Shown here in pieces: positions 1 through 6,075 of a stretch of DNA of 15,139 nucleotides. The notes under the pieces are model-generated. The model was not told the DNA's origin and did not search any database. It worked only from the letters and a program-made list of their open reading frames with translations. The stretch lies in the IMG/VR virus record IMGVR_UViG_3300045988_135748. The stretch is one strand, 5' to 3'. The position numbers and the translations under genes are program-made. Within the stretch, counting starts at the first letter, position 1. The number at the start of each line of letters is the position of its first letter. Origin of the DNA: a virus.

Positions 1-110
1 AGCATTCCGTTTGCAGAATTCAATCCGCTGGTCATCATGATCGTATCCGGACTGCTGTAATATGTACGCAACACACGGACACTTTTCCCCCATTTGTCCG
101 CCACACACGG

Positions 111-139
111 ACACTAGCACAAACCTGCGTAAATGTCAA
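111..139 (-). promoter_or_regulatory. Candidate outward-facing sigma-A promoter inside ITR-L (mirror of 15001-15029)
   Basis: On the minus strand the sequence reads TTGACA (134-139), a 17-nt spacer ending TGc, then TAGTGT (111-116). This is a perfect -35 with an extended -10. It points toward the genome end, with the predicted start near 104. Confidence 0.3.
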
Positions 140-245
140 TAGGCAATTTCAACAAATTTTAGCTTGAAACCTGCACGAAAATTGTGCAATTTAGACAATG
201 AATTATCAGACAATATTCGATTTCGACAACTGTTTTCAAAATATT

Positions 246-273
246 CTGACAATTCATAAAGATTTCTGATAAT
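246..273 (+). promoter_or_regulatory. Candidate inward-facing promoter inside ITR-L
   Basis: CTGACA (246-251), 16-nt spacer, GATAAT (268-273). The predicted +1 is near 280, inside the SOS-like box at 279-292. It is weaker than the three consensus promoters. The mirrored copy lies at 14867-14894 on the minus strand. Confidence 0.3.
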
Positions 274-278
274 AAATT

Positions 279-349
279 AGAACAAACGTTCGACTGTCCG
301 CGGGCGGCGAACAGCCGAGAAATGGAACATGTGTTCGAAATTATGTTCG
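279..349. promoter_or_regulatory. Cluster of three LexA/Cheo-type SOS-box-like sites
   Basis: AGAACAAACGTTCG (279-292), GGAACATGTGTTCG (324-337) and CGAAATTATGTTCG (336-349), compared with the Firmicute LexA consensus CGAAC-N4-GTTCG. Additional half-sites are CGAACA at 308-313 and TGTTCG at 354-359. Confidence 0.4.
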
Positions 350-361
350 AATATGTTCGCC

Positions 362-390
362 TTGTTTTTTTTTAAAATATGCGTTATAAT
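362..390 (+). promoter_or_regulatory. Candidate promoter for the terminal-protein/polymerase operon
   Basis: TTGTTT (362-367), 17-nt T/A-rich spacer, TATAAT (385-390). The predicted start near 397 would leave only an ~11-nt leader that begins inside the RBS, so the assignment is uncertain. Confidence 0.45.
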
Positions 391-407
391 GTATATGAGG
401 TGATTTT

Positions 408-974
408 ATGATAAGAGATTACAATGCGATTGAAATTGACGATTTTGACGAACACGGAAAAGTTGAACTTTTGAAAAGCCTTGTAAAAACCGCGAATAAA
501 CGTTTGCGGAATTTTAAAGCGCAAGACCTGTCCGCTCTTTCAGTGAAAAAAGCGAATAAATATTTAAAAGACGAAAATCGGAAATTCTTTTCAAGTTCAA
601 AGCGAACCGCGGAAAAGAATCTTGAAAAAGAACTTTCGCAAGTTTTGGATTTTTTACAATCTGAAACATCCACGCTTCGTGGCTACAAAGAGAAGGCTAT
701 CGAATATGGTAAAAGAATCGCGAAAATTAATAAGGTCAATTTACAAACAGACGAAGATTATCGTGACTTTTATGAGTTTGTACAGTCCGGTATGTATGAT
801 AAAATGAAAGGAGCTATAGGAAGTCCGATAGCAATTGATGACTATATTGCGAAACTCGGAAAAGGATTCACGGAAAAAGATATTCAAGCGGCTTTTAAAC
901 AGTATCAGTTGGGAAAAATAAGTAAATACGAATATATTACACTTGAAAAAAATTCTATAGCTTTTGGTGATTAA
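408..974 (+). CDS. Candidate terminal (priming) protein, 188 aa
   Basis: It has an RBS GAGGTGA 5 nt before the ATG. It sits directly upstream of, and is nearly coupled to, the protein-primed polymerase, as phi29 gene 3 is to gene 2. The N-terminal half is basic (LVKTANKRLRNFKA, compare phi29 TP LVKNTKAKIARTKK) and the C-terminal half is acidic/aromatic. Similarity to known terminal proteins is weak. Confidence 0.4.
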   Translation: MIRDYNAIEIDDFDEHGKVELLKSLVKTANKRLRNFKAQDLSALSVKKANKYLKDENRKFFSSSKRTAEKNLEKELSQVLDFLQSETSTLRGYKEKAIEYGKRIAKINKVNLQTDEDYRDFYEFVQSGMYDKMKGAIGSPIAIDDYIAKLGKGFTEKDIQAAFKQYQLGKISKYEYITLEKNSIAFGD

Positions 975-977
975 AAA

Positions 978-3095
978 ATGGAAATTATAAATGTACCTTT
1001 AAAAGACAATTCCATATCTAAAGAAATAGCATATAATATAAACGATTTTCCTTATAAAAATTTCGCAGACTGCGAAATTGTGACAAAAAAAGGTAAACAC
1101 GGATATTCTGCTTATAATATTCCGGTGGCTTTCGATATAGAAACATCCACAATAGAACCTCACTTTATCTATGATAATCACGGTAGAAAAGTTTATGACA
1201 CGCCGCCGTTCGGCTTTATGTATCATTGGCAATTCTGCCTAATTGATACGGTCATTTTCGGTCGCACATGGGAAGAATTTCAGATTTTCCTTGCGCGATT
1301 AAAAAAATACATGAGTTTGAATGATAAACAACGGCTAGTTATTTATGTACACAATCTTTCTTTTGAATTTCAGTTCATGCAGAACTTTATCACGGTTTCA
1401 GACCTTTTCGCTAAAGACGAACGTAAACCGCTTAAGCTGTCCGGCGGTGGCTTCGAGTGGCGGTGTTCTTATTTTTTATCGAATATGAGTTTGGCTAAAT
1501 TTTGCGAAAATTCTAAAACATGTACGCATGTGAAGCTAAACGGTGAAGAGTTTAATTATAAAAAAATACGTACACCGCGGACGAAATTATTAGAATACGA
1601 AAAAGGTTATTGCTATAATGATGTGCGCGGGTTGTGCGAATGTATCGCAGAGAAGTTAACGGAGTATGATATATTAAGGATTCCGCTCACTTCTACTGGA
1701 TATGTTCGCAACGATTTTCGGAACGCCGTGACCGCTAATCCTATGAACCGTACTATTTTTCTATCTTCTGCGCTATCACCGGAAGAATACACGCAATGCC
1801 GTGACGCGGTGACAGGTGGCGTAGCGCACGCAAATCGGTTTTATTCGAATCAGATTTTAAAAAATCTACGTAGTAGAGATATACAGAGTAGTTATCCGTA
1901 TCAGTCTGAAAGTAAACTTTTTCCGGTTGGTAAATGGTCAAAGATTTCCGTAGAATCGAAAAAAGAACTTGACTTTTTATGTGAAAATTACGCTTGTATT
2001 TTTACGGTTCGCTTTTTCAATATCGAGACAAAAGCAAACACGCCAATTCCATACATCTCTGTATCGAAATGCAAGGAACATTATGAAATTTTAAATGACA
2101 ACGGCAAACTCCTTTCCGCGAAAGAAATTATGACAACAATTACGAACGTAGATTATGAGATAATAAAAGAGGTTTACAACATATCTTCTTTTCAGATTAT
2201 TAAATTCATGTATTGCCGAAAAGAAAGAATGTCACTAGAATACAGACAACAGAATCTCGAATTTTACGAAGCGAAAACAAAATTAAAAGGAATAGAAACC
2301 GCGTACTATGAGTACATGAAAAGCAAAAATAAACTTAATGGTGCATACGGAATGGAAATTACAGATATATGCCATGATATTATAAATTGGAGTGGTGGTG
2401 AATGGTCAAGCGTAAAGGCTAACGCTGACAAATTAAAAAAAGACTTAGAAAGTTTTTATAAATCACGAAAAAATTTTCTCATATACCAGCAGGGTGTATT
2501 CGTTCCTGCGTATGGACGCGCTCAGCTTTATGACGCGATTCGAATAACCGGAAACGATACCGTTTATGTTGACACCGATTCCGATAAATATTTTAAGGAC
2601 CACGAACTAGCGTTCGAGGATTACAATAGAAAACTAATCGAAGAAGCAAAAAAGAGTAACACTTGTCTTGTGGCGAAAAATTCAAAAGGTCAACTGTGCT
2701 ACGCGGGAATATTTGAAAAAGATGCCGAATACAAGACTTTTAAAACGTTAGGTGCGAAAAAATATTGCTATGAAACTTTCGATAAGAAAAAAAATAAGTA
2801 TGTGTTCGGGATTACAGTTGCTGGAATGTCGAAAGAAAAAGGCGCGAAAGCCGTAGGAAATGTCGGAAATTTTAAAATCGGAAATACTTTTGAAAATGTT
2901 GGACGGTCGACAGCTTATTATAATGACACTGATAAAATTTTCAAGATAACCGTAAATGGTGATACGTTCACCACATCAAGTAATATTGGTATTGTGGAAG
3001 CCACATATACTTTAGGGGTAACGGACGAATATTCAAATATTATTATGAGTTGTCAGAAAATAAAAGATTCTGAAAAAATTGAAAAAAATAGTTGA
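978..3095 (+). CDS. Protein-primed family-B DNA polymerase (phi29 gp2-like), 705 aa
   Basis: Exonuclease motifs: ExoI AFDIETS, ExoII HNLSFEF, (S/T)Lx2h MSLAKF, ExoIII YCYNDVRGL. Polymerase motifs: A DIQSSYP, B KNKLNGAYGM, Tx2GR-like VPAYGR, C YVDTDS, and KxY GAKKYCY. Confidence 0.97.
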   Translation: MEIINVPLKDNSISKEIAYNINDFPYKNFADCEIVTKKGKHGYSAYNIPVAFDIETSTIEPHFIYDNHGRKVYDTPPFGFMYHWQFCLIDTVIFGRTWEEFQIFLARLKKYMSLNDKQRLVIYVHNLSFEFQFMQNFITVSDLFAKDERKPLKLSGGGFEWRCSYFLSNMSLAKFCENSKTCTHVKLNGEEFNYKKIRTPRTKLLEYEKGYCYNDVRGLCECIAEKLTEYDILRIPLTSTGYVRNDFRNAVTANPMNRTIFLSSALSPEEYTQCRDAVTGGVAHANRFYSNQILKNLRSRDIQSSYPYQSESKLFPVGKWSKISVESKKELDFLCENYACIFTVRFFNIETKANTPIPYISVSKCKEHYEILNDNGKLLSAKEIMTTITNVDYEIIKEVYNISSFQIIKFMYCRKERMSLEYRQQNLEFYEAKTKLKGIETAYYEYMKSKNKLNGAYGMEITDICHDIINWSGGEWSSVKANADKLKKDLESFYKSRKNFLIYQQGVFVPAYGRAQLYDAIRITGNDTVYVDTDSDKYFKDHELAFEDYNRKLIEEAKKSNTCLVAKNSKGQLCYAGIFEKDAEYKTFKTLGAKKYCYETFDKKKNKYVFGITVAGMSKEKGAKAVGNVGNFKIGNTFENVGRSTAYYNDTDKIFKITVNGDTFTTSSNIGIVEATYTLGVTDEYSNIIMSCQKIKDSEKIEKNS

Positions 3096-3127
3096 CACTT
3101 TATAGAATCTGTACTATTATAATTACA
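3092..3127 (+). promoter_or_regulatory. Strong sigma-A promoter P2 (early block)
   Basis: TTGACA (3092-3097, overlapping the polymerase stop codon), 17-nt spacer, TATTAT (3115-3120). An A-tract lies upstream. The predicted +1 is A3127, which starts AGAAATAAGAACAAG. Confidence 0.75.
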
Positions 3128-3168
3128 GAAATAAGAACAAGACATGATAGAAAGAGAGGTTACAAAAA

Positions 3169-3543
3169 ATGAACAAAACAATATACGAACTTAATGAGGA
3201 AGTAAAAAAGGCAAGCTGGAAAACCCCTACTTGCGAATTAGAACAGATAAAATTAGATATTTCTGAAAAAATGAATGATAATGGAATATCAGCTTTTACT
3301 TATATAGTATTATCAGAGTGGTATGAAAGAATACACCGTTTAACTTTTAAAGAAACAACTAATCCAGATTACATTATTAAAAATGAATTCGGCGAAAAAG
3401 TGGGTTTGATTAAAATCAATAATGTATTTGGAAAAAAAGTATTAGTTGATTTATGGCTTTACCATGAAAAAATAGGTTGCATGAGTATGGATAACGCGAT
3501 TAAAAAATGTAACGAATTATCTTTATACATAAAAGAGGTGTGA
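3169..3543 (+). CDS. Hypothetical early protein, 124 aa
   Basis: It has the consensus RBS AAAGAGAGGT 9 nt before the ATG and is the first gene after P2. I recognise no motif. Confidence 0.75.
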   Translation: MNKTIYELNEEVKKASWKTPTCELEQIKLDISEKMNDNGISAFTYIVLSEWYERIHRLTFKETTNPDYIIKNEFGEKVGLIKINNVFGKKVLVDLWLYHEKIGCMSMDNAIKKCNELSLYIKEV

Positions 3544-3548
3544 AAAAA

Positions 3549-3938
3549 ATGCAGACAACAATTATTAAGACAAATAGAAAATGGTATTTAGAAACAGTTG
3601 ATAATTTAAGATATTTATGTAAAATTCCAATGCGTTTATCAGTTGACAATCTGATTAGATTTGTTCCGCAATTCGAATATTTAGAAAGAACGAAACTTCT
3701 TTCGCAGGATATGAAAAATTTTATTTACAATAAAGGTATTCCGGTTTTATATATGGAAAACAGAGAGATAGTATACATGGATGAAATACGTTGGAGTGAT
3801 GGTACATACAAGTTTTATATAAACCGTAATTTATCAATCGGAGATAAAAATACTTTGACTTTATATGTGTACCATCCAGTATATGCAAGTGTTTATGATA
3901 TGATGCCGATTGGCGTTGTATTAGAAGACAGGTTTTAA
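3549..3938 (+). CDS. Hypothetical early protein, 129 aa
   Basis: I prefer the ATG at 3549 over the GTG at 3540 in the ORF track because the AAAAGAGG spacing matches other genes here. I recognise no motif. Confidence 0.7.
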   Translation: MQTTIIKTNRKWYLETVDNLRYLCKIPMRLSVDNLIRFVPQFEYLERTKLLSQDMKNFIYNKGIPVLYMENREIVYMDEIRWSDGTYKFYINRNLSIGDKNTLTLYVYHPVYASVYDMMPIGVVLEDRF

Positions 3939-3958
3939 ATGTTTCACGTGAAACATTT
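3937..3958. promoter_or_regulatory. CACGTG-core palindrome copy A (22-bp perfect)
   Basis: aaaTGTTTCACGTGAAACAttt. It overlaps the stop codon of the upstream gene. A -10-like TAAAAT follows at 3959-3964. Confidence 0.6.
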
Positions 3959-3994
3959 TAAAATAAAAAATAACAAGAAAGAGAGGTGAAGAAA

Positions 3995-4231
3995 ATGATT
4001 AGAACAATCACAAAATATCACGTTCATGAAGTAATTGACAAAGAGACGAAAAAAGTTCTCGGAGAATTACAGTTACCAAAGAACACTTATTCGCCGAAAG
4101 CCGCAAAAAAGATATTAGAAGAAAATGGATATATTACCAACGATTATGCGCTTGTTTATAAGTGCGCGGTGCAGGAAAAACGTGAACTTTCTGACGAAGA
4201 TTTCATCAAGTATTCAAAAGTAGTCGAGTAA
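3995..4231 (+). CDS. Candidate phi29 p6-like dsDNA-binding (histone-like) protein, 78 aa
   Basis: The start is the ATG at 3995, 8 nt after GAGAGG. The pattern RTITKYHVHEV...LQLPKNTY...EKRELSDEDFIKYSKV parallels phi29 p6 REITKTTVNV...EQLPSETF...EVYELPVEKFLEVATV as I remember it. It is adjacent to the SSB, as in phi29. Confidence 0.5.
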   Translation: MIRTITKYHVHEVIDKETKKVLGELQLPKNTYSPKAAKKILEENGYITNDYALVYKCAVQEKRELSDEDFIKYSKVVE

Positions 4232-4282
4232 TAACAGTACAGGAAAAAACAAAAAATTTAAAGAAAAAGAGAGGAAAATAAC

Positions 4283-4624
4283 ATGAAAATTACAAACACT
4301 TATAACATCACAGACAAAAAAGATTTTGTTCGCGCGAACAATGACGCGAAAGCAGTAACCGATTTTAAAAATACGACATTAAAAGTTTCCGGAATTATCT
4401 TCGGGACAACTACGAATAAGGACGGAGACGAAGTAAAGACCGTGGTCATTAAGACCAGTGACGGAGATTTCATTGGAACAATTTCTCCAACAATGGTGGA
4501 ATCTATGGAAGTTGTAGCTGACGTATTCGAGGATGAAATTACAGACGGCGCGAAAGATATGGACGTCATCATTAAAACCGGAAAGAGTAACGCAGGTCGC
4601 GAATATTATTACGCATCCATTTAA
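4283..4624 (+). CDS. Candidate phi29 gp5-like single-stranded DNA-binding protein, 113 aa
   Basis: TVVIKTSDGDFIGTISPTMVESMEVVADVF...IIKTGKSNAGREYYYASI parallels phi29 gp5 [31 protein letters not shown]...VVQGTSSKGNVFFSLQL as I remember it. The RBS is AAAGAGAGG. Confidence 0.55.
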   Translation: MKITNTYNITDKKDFVRANNDAKAVTDFKNTTLKVSGIIFGTTTNKDGDEVKTVVIKTSDGDFIGTISPTMVESMEVVADVFEDEITDGAKDMDVIIKTGKSNAGREYYYASI

Positions 4625-4636
4625 TTTATAAAAAAT

Positions 4637-4672
4637 TGTTTCACGTGATTCTTGAATGTTTCACGTGAAACT
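4637..4672. promoter_or_regulatory. CACGTG-core palindrome copies B1 and B2 (tandem)
   Basis: TGTTTCACGTGA occurs at 4637-4648 and again at 4657-4668, with centres 20 bp apart. B2 is a 14-bp perfect palindrome (4658-4671). In B1 the right half is degenerate. Confidence 0.6.
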
Positions 4673-4687
4673 TTTAAAGGTGATAAC

Positions 4688-5758
4688 ATGAAAAAAGAAG
4701 AACCGATGCACAATTATGACGAGGGTTTTTTTAATTTAATGGACTACTTAGAAATAACAGATAGAAATCATAAAAAACCGTCTATTCGTATATTTGCCAC
4801 TAATAGAAGTGGCGGAAAAACATACTCTTTATTGTGGTATTTTATAAGAGAATTTCGCGCCGGAAATGAACAATTTGTACTTGAATACCGTACGCGTTCG
4901 GAAATGCTAGGCGTGGATAGTATTTTTTCTTGCGTTGTAGCAGACAAGTTCCCAGATATGGAAATCACTTCGATACCGATTGCTTCCGGCATTATCCGTC
5001 AGATTATGAACCATGATGAAATTATTGGGTTTGCGGTATCAATTTCCGATTGTGACAAGTTAAAAAAATACAGTCCGATTTTTGACAAAGTAAAGCGCGC
5101 AGGCATGGACGAATTCCAGCTTGAAAAAACAGAAGACTATCTAAAAAATGAGGTTGACAAGTATCTGTCCGTTGCATATACTATTTCAAGAGGCGGCGGA
5201 AAACAAGGAAAAGAAGTTGAGTTTTTTTTACTCGGTAACTCTTTTTCGCAGATAAACCCTTATTTGTTACAGTTGGGATGTTATCGCGAGAAGCCGGACA
5301 AAAACGGAATAATACGCGGAGATTCATATATTTACGTTGAAACGGTAAACGAATCAGCGAAAAAGCAGACAAGTGAACTAGGTATTTCAAAAGCATTCGC
5401 AGGAAACCGCCATGTACAGTACGCCACGAAAAACATAGGAATTTATAATGATAATGAATTTATAGCGAATTTGTCTGGAAAAAGTACATACCTTTTAACA
5501 TTTGTGCAGAACGGTGAACGTTTCGCAATTCGCGAATGTCATAAGGACAATTTGCTTTATATTAATCAAAAAATAGATAAGGACGCGAAATGTTTTACCC
5601 TTGATAACGCCGACCATGGCGAAAATACAATACTTTTAACAAGGTTTAGTGGATTAGCGCAGACCTTAAAAGAAGCGTATTCACAAGGTCAGGTGCGTTT
5701 CTGTGATTTGAAATCAAAAGACGCTTTTCTTCATTTAATCGGTAGGGAAATTTTTTAA
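4688..5758 (+). CDS. DNA encapsidation (packaging) ATPase, phi29 gp16-like, 356 aa
   Basis: Walker A ATNRSGGKTYSL (phi29 GARGIGKSYAM) and Walker B AGMDEF (phi29 IVFDEF). Also NEQFVLEYRTRSEM (phi29 GEQFIYVRRYKPEL) and LLGNSFSQINPYLL (phi29 CLSNAVSVVNPYFL). The start is the ATG at 4688 after AAAGGTGA. The TTG at 4652 in the track lies inside the palindrome region. Confidence 0.9.
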   Translation: MKKEEPMHNYDEGFFNLMDYLEITDRNHKKPSIRIFATNRSGGKTYSLLWYFIREFRAGNEQFVLEYRTRSEMLGVDSIFSCVVADKFPDMEITSIPIASGIIRQIMNHDEIIGFAVSISDCDKLKKYSPIFDKVKRAGMDEFQLEKTEDYLKNEVDKYLSVAYTISRGGGKQGKEVEFFLLGNSFSQINPYLLQLGCYREKPDKNGIIRGDSYIYVETVNESAKKQTSELGISKAFAGNRHVQYATKNIGIYNDNEFIANLSGKSTYLLTFVQNGERFAIRECHKDNLLYINQKIDKDAKCFTLDNADHGENTILLTRFSGLAQTLKEAYSQGQVRFCDLKSKDAFLHLIGREIF

Positions 5759-5765
5759 AAAATAG

Positions 5766-5802
5766 TTGACAAAAGATAAAAACAAGTGGTATTGTATATA
5801 TA
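5766..5802 (+). promoter_or_regulatory. Strong sigma-A promoter P3 (only visible promoter ahead of the lysis/structural genes)
   Basis: TTGACA (5766-5771), 18-nt spacer ending TGg, TATTGT (5790-5795). It shares the upstream sequence AAAAATAGTTGACA with P2. The predicted +1 is A5802, which starts AGAAACAAG. Confidence 0.75.
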
Positions 5803-5840
5803 GAAACAAGAAAACAACAGCACAGAAAAGGAGAAAAAAC

Positions 5841-6074
5841 ATGACATCACATGAATTATTAAAATTAACAACCGAAGAAAATTTGAAAAAACTAACAAAA
5901 GAGAAAGAAAATGAATGTGATAAATTCGAAGTTTACGCACATTTAAAAATATTAGAAAAAAGGTTAGCACAAGCGGAAGTTATAGAAAAAGACATTGAAA
6001 TTAAGTATCTTTTAGAGGCAAGATACGTATCTCTAACCGGATTTATTTTTAACTATATTCGTAACTTATACTAG
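5841..6074 (+). CDS. Hypothetical small K/E-rich coiled-coil protein, 77 aa
   Basis: The start is the ATG at 5841 after AAAAGGAG. The TTG at 5766 in the track is the -35 box of P3. The C-terminus is hydrophobic (VSLTGFIFNYIRNLY). Confidence 0.6.
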   Translation: MTSHELLKLTTEENLKKLTKEKENECDKFEVYAHLKILEKRLAQAEVIEKDIEIKYLLEARYVSLTGFIFNYIRNLY

Positions 6075-6075
6075 G

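Larger units (their letters stand above)
1..340. repeat. Left inverted terminal repeat (ITR-L), 340 bp
   Basis: Base-by-base comparison shows 1-340 is the reverse complement of 14800-15139. The only mismatch is at 330 (T, versus C in the complement of 14810). Identity ends at 341/14799. No ORF of 60 aa or more lies inside. Confidence 0.97.

Noticed and set aside
222-228. Spo0A 0A box (TTCGACA = TGTCGAA on the other strand) in the ITR, by analogy with Spo0A control of phi29
   Set aside because: Only a single perfect heptamer is present per ITR, plus one in the polymerase gene (2826-2832). This is about what chance predicts for a 7-mer in 15 kb on both strands. The repeated TGTTCGAA motif nearby is not a 0A box.
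622-807. Nested plus-strand ORFs 622-807 and 13688-13903
   Set aside because: They are alternative frames inside the candidate terminal-protein gene and the RBP gene. They have no RBS, and their basic, low-complexity translations do not look like real proteins.
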